Made by a program: the position numbers and the translations under genes. From positions 1-35,176 of the IMG/VR virus record IMGVR_UViG_3300009695_000002: DNA of 35,176 nucleotides. The stretch is one strand, 5' to 3'. Below, piece by piece: positions 7,134-16,294 of this stretch. The notes beneath the pieces are model-generated. The model saw only the letters and a list, made by a program, of their open reading frames with translations. It made no database searches and was not told the origin of the DNA. The number at the start of each line of letters is the position of its first letter. Positions within the stretch are counted from its first letter, which is position 1. Origin of the DNA: a virus.

Positions 7134-8719
7134 TGCCCCGCGTGCGTGCGTTTATATTCTGCCTTTTTATCCGGAGATAGCGCGTTATAATATTGCATGA
7201 ACTCATCTTTAGATTTGAATTCCATGGGATGGCTTTCGCTCTTGGCGGCAGTCAGGTCAACGCCTGCACGCAATATTTTCTTACTCAGCTCCTCTCTCTC
7301 AACCACCTCTTTTATTTTGCGCCGTATTCTGTCGGTGTAAGTCTGTCGTGTCTCACCTTTCATAGGCTCTACAGAATCCAGCACCATTTTTGTGGTATTG
7401 TCAGTATTGTTATACCCATAGGCGGCCATCATGGATTCAACGATACCTTTAGCTGTACCAGAGGCCTCAGCGCTTTGAGACGGCAAGCCGTTATTAGTAA
7501 GCCCAGCAGGGTTTGTAATCTGGGCAAGCTTTAAAGCTGCCTGGCCTTTGTATGATAATAATGGCCCATAAATATCCCCAAGCGCCTTAAGTGCTGGCTC
7601 GACCATTTGCGCCCCGACCACACTTTTTTGTAAACGAGTAATATTTGGCGTGGTAAGTGCTGACTTGGCTTTCCCTGTTTCTGGGTCTATAAACGTAGCG
7701 CCAGCGGCACCATGCGATGTTCCGCTAGTGGGATCTTTTACAATGCCGGGCTGGGCATTTGCGGGTGACGAAGTAACGGGGAAAGGTCCGCCCGCACCAG
7801 TATTTTGAGATACCGTTGAAAAGTTTGCAGACCCATCGGGCCCCATCGAAAAGTTAATGCCGCCAGAGGTTTGCGCCATATTATTTAACTTCATGGCTAA
7901 CGCTTGAGCAGCCGGGCTTTCTTTCCCATATAATGAGACGACATTGTTGTAATCGGTCAAAACCTTGCCTATAGGCGAGGCTAATTCAGTTTTACGGCGA
8001 TCCATTTGGTCAAGAAGCGAATTCTTTCTAGCGCCACTTAAATCAGTTGACGCGTTTAAGTGATTAATCTCGGCCTCGCTTTTTGGTGCGACGTACTGTG
8101 CTTGCTGCTCATACACTTTTCCGTGTTGCCGAGCCATTTCTTCTTGAGCTTTTTGCGCCATAATTTTTTGCGCAATTAACTGCTGGTCGTATGGAATTTG
8201 GTCTATCTTCCCTTGCTGTAACGCATTGCGCTGCTGTAGGAGTTGTGGCAAATACTGGTTGTTGGTTTGGGCACCAATTAGCTGCTGTTGCTGAATATCG
8301 TTGCGTTGCTGCAGTGACTGCGGCAAATATTGGTTATTGGTCTGCGCATTAAGCGTTTGCTGACCCATTAACGCATTGCGTTGGCGCAAGGATTCTGGCA
8401 AATATTGGTTATTAGTTTGCGCATTTATAACCTGCTGATTAAGCAAATCAATGCGCTTTTGCAAAGACTTTGGCAAAAACTGGTTATTGGTCTGCGCCCC
8501 GATTACCTGCTCTCCCAGTAATGCATTGCGTTGCTGCAAAGATTCGGGTAGATATTGATTCTGCAATTGCGCTTGCTGTAATTTCTGTTGCATGAGTTGC
8601 TGCTGCAAGGGCTGGCTTGCGACCTGCGCCTTTAACAGCGCGTTTTCCTGCATTTGACGCTCTTGTGGCAAGAACTGATTAAGAAAATTAGCATTGGTGT
8701 TATAAACCGGTACGCTCAT
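7130..8719 (-). CDS. Internal virion / ejection-like protein, 529 aa, with a Gln-rich 25-aa tandem repeat
   Basis: Synteny as above. The N-terminal third holds five copies of TNNQYLPESLQQRNAL.GQQ.I.AQ. Confidence 0.5.
   Translation of the reverse strand: MSVPVYNTNANFLNQFLPQERQMQENALLKAQVASQPLQQQLMQQKLQQAQLQNQYLPESLQQRNALLGEQVIGAQTNNQFLPKSLQKRIDLLNQQVINAQTNNQYLPESLRQRNALMGQQTLNAQTNNQYLPQSLQQRNDIQQQQLIGAQTNNQYLPQLLQQRNALQQGKIDQIPYDQQLIAQKIMAQKAQEEMARQHGKVYEQQAQYVAPKSEAEINHLNASTDLSGARKNSLLDQMDRRKTELASPIGKVLTDYNNVVSLYGKESPAAQALAMKLNNMAQTSGGINFSMGPDGSANFSTVSQNTGAGGPFPVTSSPANAQPGIVKDPTSGTSHGAAGATFIDPETGKAKSALTTPNITRLQKSVVGAQMVEPALKALGDIYGPLLSYKGQAALKLAQITNPAGLTNNGLPSQSAEASGTAKGIVESMMAAYGYNNTDNTTKMVLDSVEPMKGETRQTYTDRIRRKIKEVVEREELSKKILRAGVDLTAAKSESHPMEFKSKDEFMQYYNALSPDKKAEYKRTHAGQ
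8214..8570. repeat. Five diverged tandem 75-bp coding repeats inside 7130..8719
   Basis: The plus-strand motif ggcaaata(c/t)tggtt(g/a)tt recurs at 8247, 8322, 8397, 8472 and (degenerate) 8547, an exact 75-nt period. Confidence 0.85.
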
Positions 8720-8724
8720 TATTA

Positions 8725-9354
8725 TTACCCCATCCCCAAGTTGCCAAACATCTTGCCCGCCGTGCCAAACAGGTTAGCCCACCCTTGCATGCGCCCCATG
8801 TTTTGACCGAGCTGCGCATTACCGACGTCACCATACCCGCGCATCATTGCGTTGCCCTGCTGCATGTAGTTATTACCCATCTGCTGACCTGCGCCGTAGC
8901 CCATGTTTACCATGCCCTGCTGCTGCCCAAGGCCATTGTTATAGATGCCAAGCTGTCTATCCAAATAGTTGTTTTGGTCGGCTTTCATGATGCCTTGCGA
9001 TTCTTCATTGACTTGGTTTAGCAAGTTACTGCTGCCAAGCATCCCGCTAGCGCTGGCCGCGTTCATTGCCGAGTCGGCCCCCATCTTTAGCTGACGCTGA
9101 GCACCCGGACTGGTCTCGTAACCCTTCATCATGTCTTCAGTAAACTTATTGGGGTCAAGCATGCGCTTGTAATTGTCCATATAAGGGTTCATTTCGCCTT
9201 TACCTGCTTGGTAATAAGGGTCCATTAGCGCATTGGCTTGACCCGTGTTCTTTCGGTATTCGTCCATGCCCTCGCGCAGTCGTTTTTCCATGTCTTCATA
9301 GCCACCTTGCTGGCCGCCACTAAAAAAGTCTGTAATTGAATCGAACATCGACAT
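8725..9354 (-). CDS. Low-complexity Gly/Gln/Met/Asn-rich virion protein, 209 aa (gp7-slot by synteny)
   Basis: The composition is visible in the translation (GQQQGMVNMGYGAGQQMGNNYMQQGNAMMRGYG...). It is the first of the three ejection-like genes. Confidence 0.45.
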   Translation of the reverse strand: MSMFDSITDFFSGGQQGGYEDMEKRLREGMDEYRKNTGQANALMDPYYQAGKGEMNPYMDNYKRMLDPNKFTEDMMKGYETSPGAQRQLKMGADSAMNAASASGMLGSSNLLNQVNEESQGIMKADQNNYLDRQLGIYNNGLGQQQGMVNMGYGAGQQMGNNYMQQGNAMMRGYGDVGNAQLGQNMGRMQGWANLFGTAGKMFGNLGMG

Positions 9355-9357
9355 GGC

Positions 9358-9723
9358 TTACGCTCCGCTTGAGTGGCTTATGACAAGCCAGGATAGAATG
9401 TGGTCGGCGCCGGGGTCGGCGGACAGGGTGACGGTTATTTGACCGTCTTGGGTTGACTGTGCGAGCACCGATACCGGGCTTACGCCGCTGGTGTTGATGG
9501 CAACGAGCGCGAAGTCGCCGGCTTTAATTGCAGGCTCAGCTATAATCTGGGTAGTGCTGCCCGCATACGTTTGGTATAGGCCGGACATAAAGGATTCAAT
9601 GAAATCATTGAGCGCGCCTTGCGTCTTGATTAGCCACGTACGCATGGGCTCGCTTAAGCGCTTATCGGCATCCATAGCGATGTCATAAATCGGCGGCTGA
9701 GTGATGTAGGTATCGATGCTCAT
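9358..9723 (-). CDS. Hypothetical virion protein, 121 aa
   Basis: Packed ORF with a 4-nt overlap with the upstream hub gene. No motif recognised. Confidence 0.55.
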   Translation of the reverse strand: MSIDTYITQPPIYDIAMDADKRLSEPMRTWLIKTQGALNDFIESFMSGLYQTYAGSTTQIIAEPAIKAGDFALVAINTSGVSPVSVLAQSTQDGQITVTLSADPGADHILSWLVISHSSGA

Positions 9724-11141
9724 GACGGCAATACCGCGCAGTCAATCGCGCCGCCTAATAGGCAAAAGTTGACAGCGTTGTAGAAATCAATCTTAAACAC
9801 ATAACTGCGAGCGGTGCCCAGACGCCGCCAGATAGCGCGGTGATTGTATTGGCCAATTTTGCTAAAGTTAGCGCGTAAGTACTGGTCAAAGGTCACCCCG
9901 CCGTTGGTTGAAATGCCCAAAAATACTTGTGGCTCTTCATCAGGGCCGGATGCCGGCGCTAATCCCGCTGCGAAATCCAATTGGATTTCATTGATGCGGA
10001 TGCGGTTATAGGTTGGGTCACTGAAGTGTTTGGTGATGCGCTGGCGGTGAATAGCTTCGCCGTCGTTATCCAAAAATTCCACGCTCTGTTCGTAGAGTTT
10101 TGCGCTGTTATAGGCGCCAATTATGTGTTTATTAGCAAAAAAGGTATGGCATTGCCCGATGTGACGCTTTGCGCCCAGGTCTTCGCATTCTGACCATAAT
10201 CGTGTGTTAACATTAAATAAAAAAGTCTTGTGGGCGGTTGGGAAAGTGAGCTGGTAAAATATTTGCCCTTTGTCTTTATAGATGTAGCCCACCGCATCAT
10301 CGGACTTGCTATAGCCTGATATAGCTTCATCGATTTCGCGCGTGCTAATCGGCGCAGGCGCTGTGCCATCGGTCATCATGACCGAGCCCACGCCATCTTT
10401 TGTTTTTGCAAGCCAGAACAATAATTCATGTTCTTGCGCTATGCTATCAACCGATATACAGCCGTAGCCCAGCGATGTGGCCAAGCGAAACGGCATGCCT
10501 ATGCCCCCGCGGTTTTCCCACACTTCGGTGACTAAGCTGCCAAAGATAAACAGCTGCGTGCGCAAGTTCTCAAAGCCGACAATCGTGTCGGGCTCGGAAT
10601 TGATTTGGGCAAAGACACCCGGCCAATCTGCGCCGTTATTGATGGCTGATAAGTAAAATCCGGCGGTATCCCGGTTGTTAACGATGAAGCGGCCATCTTT
10701 AAAAATCACATCACTGGGGAATGGCGGGAAGTTGGCGTGGGTAATCTTTGTAAATGTGCTGGCATTGTTGTCCCACAAATAACCGGCCGTGCCATCGACA
10801 AAGATGATTTGATTATTCTGGTTGGCGTCGACACCGATGTGGCCGGTGTTGGTTAGCAACGGGATGCTGCTGGTCAGCTTCACCGTGTTATTGGCATCAT
10901 CAATGCGGTAAATGTCTTGACCACAGACGGCGTAATAGAAGCCTTTAAAGGTGAATAGCCGGCGTACGTTATCGCCTGCTGGCAGCGTTAAGAGCAGTTT
11001 GCGGCCAGGGGTTGGGTATAGCGCCTTGGGCTTCTTGCCTTCCGGATCCATTATCTGAAACAAGTTTAGCGTGCGCTGGCAATCCAGCTGCGTAAAGCGC
11101 TCTTGGCTAAATGACCCAACAACATCAAAATCAGCTCGCAC
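9720..11141 (-). CDS. P22 gp10-like tail hub / packaged-DNA stabilisation protein
   Basis: 473 aa, against 472 aa for P22 gp10. The C-terminal pattern ISTNGGVTF...HRAIWRRLGTARSYVFKIDF...LLGGAID parallels P22 gp10 SATTDGINY...RVLWKRVGRIRRLIGFKLRV...LSGCQI. The position two genes after coat also fits. Confidence 0.6.
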   Translation of the reverse strand: MRADFDVVGSFSQERFTQLDCQRTLNLFQIMDPEGKKPKALYPTPGRKLLLTLPAGDNVRRLFTFKGFYYAVCGQDIYRIDDANNTVKLTSSIPLLTNTGHIGVDANQNNQIIFVDGTAGYLWDNNASTFTKITHANFPPFPSDVIFKDGRFIVNNRDTAGFYLSAINNGADWPGVFAQINSEPDTIVGFENLRTQLFIFGSLVTEVWENRGGIGMPFRLATSLGYGCISVDSIAQEHELLFWLAKTKDGVGSVMMTDGTAPAPISTREIDEAISGYSKSDDAVGYIYKDKGQIFYQLTFPTAHKTFLFNVNTRLWSECEDLGAKRHIGQCHTFFANKHIIGAYNSAKLYEQSVEFLDNDGEAIHRQRITKHFSDPTYNRIRINEIQLDFAAGLAPASGPDEEPQVFLGISTNGGVTFDQYLRANFSKIGQYNHRAIWRRLGTARSYVFKIDFYNAVNFCLLGGAIDCAVLPS

Positions 11142-11835
11142 CGGATGGCCCCCAGAATGGTCTGAAAGCGCGTTGATTGACGCGGACGGCTAAATCAATG
11201 TTGTTAGAAGCTATAACGGTTCTTTCTAACTCTTGATAAATGGATTCTTTATTAGCATCCCAATTGGCGGTTTCGTACACGCCTGCCAACTCTTTGGCCA
11301 GGGCGTAACGCAAGAAGCGGAAGTAATACGGTGGCAACTCATCAAGCCGATCATCCATCTCCAAGTCGTCTATCGTAAACTTTGCCACCAGCGTGCAGGT
11401 ATTGGCGTCATAGGGCAGCGGGTATAGCTCAATAGTGCTCAGGTCGGCACTGTTTTGAAGGGATATATATTGCGGTATTGATCGCTGCTCTAAAAAGCGT
11501 ACCGACGTTTGTAATTGCTCGGGTGCTACAACATTTATGGGGTAGGCGATATTGCCGCGGGTAATGCTGGCGCTGATGAGAGAAACAATTTTATCGGCCT
11601 GCACATCGGCGCTATCTTTATTTGAAAACACATACACCCCTTTTCCAGGGGTGAGTGTGAAACTAATGGTTTTTTGGTAGGGCACTAGCAGCGCATTGGC
11701 CGAAAACGAGGCCAGCAAGTCATTCAAGTAGTACAAACCTTCTTGCACCTCGTATTCTGCTGGCTTTGTCTCCGGCGAAAACTTGCCGAGCACATAAAAT
11801 GCTCGGATGATAATTTCGCGCGCCGTGATTGCCAT
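11131..11835 (-). CDS. Head-to-tail adaptor-like protein (gp4-slot by synteny)
   Basis: 234-aa ORF between the coat region and the gp10-like gene. The call rests on position only. Confidence 0.45.
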   Translation of the reverse strand: MAITAREIIIRAFYVLGKFSPETKPAEYEVQEGLYYLNDLLASFSANALLVPYQKTISFTLTPGKGVYVFSNKDSADVQADKIVSLISASITRGNIAYPINVVAPEQLQTSVRFLEQRSIPQYISLQNSADLSTIELYPLPYDANTCTLVAKFTIDDLEMDDRLDELPPYYFRFLRYALAKELAGVYETANWDANKESIYQELERTVIASNNIDLAVRVNQRAFRPFWGPSGAS

Positions 11836-11837
11836 TG

Positions 11838-12104
11838 CTATTGCTTGCCCTTGTGCTTAGCTTTGCGTGCAGCTTTGTCCTCAGACTCTTCCAAGTCTGA
11901 GGGTTGGGCTGTCGCGTCAAGCTCGGCTTCTTTCTGCTTTAGGTCATCAATGGCTAACTTTGTTTCGCATATATCGGCCTCCAGCGCTTGGCGGTGGCTA
12001 TCAAACCACACGCCGGTTGCTTTGAGCTGTTCATACTCAGCCAAGTTAAGTTGACTTCTGATGCCGCCATTCTTGTCATACAGCATTGCTAAAAATTCAC
12101 CCAT
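11838..12104 (-). CDS. Hypothetical head-module protein, 88 aa
   Basis: ORF with AAGGAG upstream, directly after the coat gene. The C-terminus is acidic then basic. Confidence 0.55.
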   Translation of the reverse strand: MGEFLAMLYDKNGGIRSQLNLAEYEQLKATGVWFDSHRQALEADICETKLAIDDLKQKEAELDATAQPSDLEESEDKAARKAKHKGKQ

Positions 12105-12120
12105 CGCCGACTCCTTAGGT

Positions 12121-13368
12121 TTAGTTGCCGGTTATGGGCTGTGACATCATGCGCACCAAATAGCCGCCGTTAATGCCCGAGCCTATTAACATATCCATAC
12201 GGTTTAAGTTCTGGTATGTACGGATATCAGCGCCCACGGTATTAGTCATCGCAATTTGGTATTTATCGCTAAAAGAACGTGAAGAAATTACGCCGCCTTC
12301 GAGTGCCTTGATTGGTGGCGCTGCAAAAACAATAGCGTTACGGTGATAGGCATAGCTCACATCGTGGGTAGCATATAAGCTAACGTTGGCATTCACCTGC
12401 AAGGCCGTGTTGATGATTTGATAGGGCCCTGAAACTTCAATCGCGGGTTCAACCGTAATTGTTACAATGCCCGAGCCATTAGCGCCCGCGTCAGCTTGAA
12501 CGACGAACTGTGCAAGTTGCGTAGTTTTAGACTTAACGGTTCGGTGAACGAAATGACTACCGTCTACCCGAATCACATCGCCTTTTTTAACTACGCCGGT
12601 AGCATTTGCTGGCAAGCCTTTTAAGACAATAGTATTGCCAGAGCTAACTGTCGCATTAATTTGACCGCAAGGTATTACTCCGGCTACGGCTGATGTCCCA
12701 TCACCACTTCCGGCAATCTGGGTCGTGTTGAATACCGTTTCAAAGAAATCAAATCCGGCAGCATGGCCTAAATAACCTTCCATGATGGCAGCGTTATTGA
12801 TTTTTTTGTTGAAGTAATTCTGGGCAGAATTGGCGATAGTTGCAGAGGCCATGGGGGTTAAAGCCATGTACCGCATGCCATCATCGGGTATACCAATTTC
12901 CACCATTCGGGCGCGTGCAATATTGATAGCGCTAATGGAGTTCAATGGGGATGCGGGAGAGCCGGCCGTGTAGTAACCACTGTATTTCAGCTTTTCAGCA
13001 ATGGTGCTCTCTGCTTTTTCAGCTAAGGCACGAGCCTTTGCCAATAGGCGCTCGTTTAAAAATGGTGCATCGGCCTGGCGCTTCAAGGTGAGCTCTGTGC
13101 CATCCAGCGCAATCATCACATGGAAGTTTTGGTCAACGGTTATAGTGCTTACGCGTTGAATAATATCCTGTGGTGTCGCTACCCAGCCCGCTTCGGCGGT
13201 ATAGTTTTCTTCCAGTCGGTAAGATAGTGTTTCACCGGTTGCGTATTGCAAATTTTTGTACTGTTTATCAAATCCGCGATAAGCAGTTTTGACATATTTA
13301 ACTTGGCTTAAGTACCGAATTAATATCTCGTTGGTAATGTATTGCGTGACGGCTATATTGTTTGCCAT
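12121..13368 (-). CDS. Major capsid protein, P22-like coat (HK97 fold with an inserted domain)
   Basis: 415 aa, following scaffold and portal. The internal segment GNTIVLKGLPANATGVVKKGDVIRVDGSHFV...FVVQADAGANGSGIVTITVEPAI parallels the P22 gp5 I-domain stretch [22 protein letters not shown]...FSVVRVVDGTHVEITPKP. Confidence 0.8.
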   Translation of the reverse strand: MANNIAVTQYITNEILIRYLSQVKYVKTAYRGFDKQYKNLQYATGETLSYRLEENYTAEAGWVATPQDIIQRVSTITVDQNFHVMIALDGTELTLKRQADAPFLNERLLAKARALAEKAESTIAEKLKYSGYYTAGSPASPLNSISAINIARARMVEIGIPDDGMRYMALTPMASATIANSAQNYFNKKINNAAIMEGYLGHAAGFDFFETVFNTTQIAGSGDGTSAVAGVIPCGQINATVSSGNTIVLKGLPANATGVVKKGDVIRVDGSHFVHRTVKSKTTQLAQFVVQADAGANGSGIVTITVEPAIEVSGPYQIINTALQVNANVSLYATHDVSYAYHRNAIVFAAPPIKALEGGVISSRSFSDKYQIAMTNTVGADIRTYQNLNRMDMLIGSGINGGYLVRMMSQPITGN

Positions 13369-13377
13369 GGGGTTTTA

Positions 13378-14226
13378 TCATCCTGCGAATTTCTTGAAAT
13401 CATCTAAAAAAGCACCATCGACCCCGTTCTCGCTTCTATTTGCGAGTTCTGCACGTGAGTCTTGTGCGGCTTTCATCGGCTGCGGTGCTGATGATGTTTT
13501 GATAGGATTTCCCGCAGATAGCCGCCCTTCCAGGCGTAATATTTCAGTGACTTGTCTGTGTTGAGGTAAACTTCTTATTTTTTCGAGTTCTGCTCTGTGA
13601 TTTTTGGCGACGTTATACCAAAAGTCCCCGGCATTGCCGGTAAGTGCGATTGCATCGCGCATGGGCGTAGACACCGGTAACGTTGGGTCTTGCACAATTT
13701 CCGCATAGTCTGCGTAACGCGCGGCTGCCGCGGTCAGGCTTCGTTGTTCATCTTCATAAATTTGTTGAATTTCTACATTGCGTTCATCGGTTTGTCTGGC
13801 TGATTCCTGAGCAATTCTTGTCTGTTCTTTTTGCTGCTCATAAGCTTGAATGGCTTGGTAGACAATCTGCGCTTGTGGGTCCAGCTCAGCTTGGGCTTGC
13901 TGATGTTGGTTAGCTTGCTGATTCTGCTGGCCGTAGGATCGTTGGTACTCCTGCATTTTCTCCTCTAGTCGCCGCTCATAAGCTAGGCGTTCGCGCTTGT
14001 TGATGGCGTTAACTTCATCTTGCGTAAACGTTTTGGCAGCAGGTTGAGCAGGCGCTGCTTGTTCTTGAGCGGCTTCAGACTCTTTAGGCGCGCTATCTTG
14101 GCCGGCGCTTTCTTGCTCAGCAGAATCATCTTGCCCATTGCTTTCGTAAGAAGAATCAAGACTTGACTCAGCTGCATCCACAGCGTTTACTAAAGTGTTT
14201 TCGTCGCTCATAGCATCATTTCCCAT
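13378..14226 (-). CDS. Scaffolding protein
   Basis: 282-aa acidic, Gln/Ala/Glu-rich helical protein between portal and coat. An alternative start is the ATG at 14211 (MSDENT...). Confidence 0.7.
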   Translation of the reverse strand: MGNDAMSDENTLVNAVDAAESSLDSSYESNGQDDSAEQESAGQDSAPKESEAAQEQAAPAQPAAKTFTQDEVNAINKRERLAYERRLEEKMQEYQRSYGQQNQQANQHQQAQAELDPQAQIVYQAIQAYEQQKEQTRIAQESARQTDERNVEIQQIYEDEQRSLTAAAARYADYAEIVQDPTLPVSTPMRDAIALTGNAGDFWYNVAKNHRAELEKIRSLPQHRQVTEILRLEGRLSAGNPIKTSSAPQPMKAAQDSRAELANRSENGVDGAFLDDFKKFAG

Positions 14227-16294
14227 TTATTAGTTCTTTTGATTTGTTAATAATTTCGGCAATCTTGACTTGATGATTGCTGAGATTGACCATTGCGCTC
14301 ATTTGCGCGGTATCGCCTTCAATGTGTGCTTTGGCTACCTCGGCTTCGGCTGATATCTGTTGTGATTCAACCTTGGCTATAGCTTCAGCAGCACGCACGG
14401 TGAGCTCTTTTTTACGCAGCTCTTGCTCATCTCTTTTAAGCTCAATTGTCATTCTGTCGGTCTCATTCTTTGCTTTTTCATTCTCAACATTGGCTTTTTG
14501 AATTTCGAGCTCTTGCATTTTCATCATCATCATGGGGTCGGGCTGTTGTGGTGGCTTAGGCTTTGGTGGCTCGCCTTTGCCGGCGGCAATAACATCAGGA
14601 GGCACGATTGTTTTAAAGCGCCCCACCATTTCCTTGACGTTTTTCGATGGCAGTTCTTCGACATACAAGTCCGCGCATAACTTGAACATGCCGGGGTCTA
14701 GTGAAAATATTTGCTGCATCGCGGCGATATATTCAGCCTTTTGACCCTCAAACGAAGAGCCCGCATCAAGATGTATTTTGTATTCACCCTTTGTTACGTC
14801 TTTATCAATGCCGCCTTGGTATTGGCCGTTGTAAATGGGCTTATTGATGGCGACAGAGCGCAGGCCATGCTCGGGTGTATCAATCATTAGATTTCTAGGA
14901 GTGTCGTAGATGCGCGGAATTAGCTGGGCGATGACATCTCCGGCTTCAGCAATGGCGCGGTTTAGCGCATCGAAGGTTACGAATGTAGAGGTATTGCCAC
15001 GCTTAACACGAGCCGCTATAGCCACGCCTGAAGACTCGTTGCCTTGGCCGCCAAGCTGGGTTTCATAGATGCCAAGACATGTCGTTATATCGCGCTCAGC
15101 GCGTTGGAACTGCATCATCAGCGACTGCGAAAGCTCAGGTGGCGTTAGCTGCTTAGGTATAATCACGTTGCCCGCTACAACTTCAGGCGTGAAGACTAAA
15201 GCGCCTTGGTATTGGCCTGGATTGCGCCATACCGCGTCTTGTCCGGCAATATTTGTCGGGGTTGCGAGCCATTGGTCATAGCGTGTGGCTTTAATTAAAT
15301 AGGTAATTTTAGTGCCGAGATGATTGACCACGCGCTGCGCATCAACCGCATCTTTAACAAAGGGTCGGGTTACTTGTTTGTTATCGATGATGGCGCTGTT
15401 TTGGTCGACAAAGATGATGCCGAAAGCCTTAGCTGGCCATTCGGTCTCTTCTAAGATGTGGTCGCCAGCTATCTTGTAGCGCTTAATAGTGGTCTCTAGC
15501 GTCTCGCGTTCTTTGATGATTTCCGGTACTGGCATGCCGATAGCTAGGCTTTCTGCGGCTAGCTTGTCATAGTCTGTTTTAGCCATTTTCTGGCCGTCGC
15601 TAAGCATGACTATTTGCTTTACTTTCATCTCTTTCTTGAAGTAGTCAACCAGCATCATGCTCTTGTCATCTACCCAGCTGTAGCCACTGCTTGGCAGTGT
15701 TGTGCTTTCGATATCTTTATATTTTGGGTAGCGCTTCTTCCACTCCCGTCTGCTCATCGTGTAGTAACGGCCGGCAAAGCCACCATCTGTTTTAGCTGTA
15801 CCTGTTGCGCTGGGGTCCCAGAAGCACTTGCTGGGGTCATCTATCTTGCGAATCGCGATACATTGGTCGAAACTGTCTTCACTTTCGTACTCGGTATCAA
15901 TGCAGAATGCGCCATATCCGGCGACTAACGCGCACTGGAAAGCATGCTGATACGCCACACGCGCTTCCGTGTTAAAGGCAATAGTCTTTAATATTTGCTG
16001 AACAAGTGATACTTGCTCAGCTGTTACGTCGTCACTTGTGCAGACAACTTGCAAATTTGGCGTGTTCTGGCGCTGGTCGCCGAGGATATTGTTAATGATG
16101 GCGCCCAGTTTATTGAATTCCAGCGGTGTGGCATCCGAGGATTCAAGCGCTTGCTTTTCTTTGTCTTCCCATTGGGTTTCCATAATGAACCGCGTAAACC
16201 ATTTAGCGCGCTCATTGTTTGCAGACCACAGCGAAAACCAGCTATCAATATTCTTTTTAACTTCGGCGGTGAATTTCTTATCTTCGCGAATCAC
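14216..16294 (-). CDS. Portal protein (podovirus/P22-like, with a long C-terminal helical barrel)
   Basis: 692 aa, immediately after terL with a 4-nt overlap. The C-terminal roughly 110 aa are an uninterrupted charged coiled coil (MQELEIQKANVENEKAKNETDRMTIELKRDEQELRKKEL...), as in the P22 portal barrel. Confidence 0.85.
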   Translation of the reverse strand: MIREDKKFTAEVKKNIDSWFSLWSANNERAKWFTRFIMETQWEDKEKQALESSDATPLEFNKLGAIINNILGDQRQNTPNLQVVCTSDDVTAEQVSLVQQILKTIAFNTEARVAYQHAFQCALVAGYGAFCIDTEYESEDSFDQCIAIRKIDDPSKCFWDPSATGTAKTDGGFAGRYYTMSRREWKKRYPKYKDIESTTLPSSGYSWVDDKSMMLVDYFKKEMKVKQIVMLSDGQKMAKTDYDKLAAESLAIGMPVPEIIKERETLETTIKRYKIAGDHILEETEWPAKAFGIIFVDQNSAIIDNKQVTRPFVKDAVDAQRVVNHLGTKITYLIKATRYDQWLATPTNIAGQDAVWRNPGQYQGALVFTPEVVAGNVIIPKQLTPPELSQSLMMQFQRAERDITTCLGIYETQLGGQGNESSGVAIAARVKRGNTSTFVTFDALNRAIAEAGDVIAQLIPRIYDTPRNLMIDTPEHGLRSVAINKPIYNGQYQGGIDKDVTKGEYKIHLDAGSSFEGQKAEYIAAMQQIFSLDPGMFKLCADLYVEELPSKNVKEMVGRFKTIVPPDVIAAGKGEPPKPKPPQQPDPMMMMKMQELEIQKANVENEKAKNETDRMTIELKRDEQELRKKELTVRAAEAIAKVESQQISAEAEVAKAHIEGDTAQMSAMVNLSNHQVKIAEIINKSKELINGK

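Noticed and set aside
8214-8570. Considered whether the 75-bp periodic repeats could be a CRISPR array
   Set aside because: There are no unique spacers between the units. The repeats are contiguous, diverged and in frame within a 529-aa ORF, and no cas genes are present.
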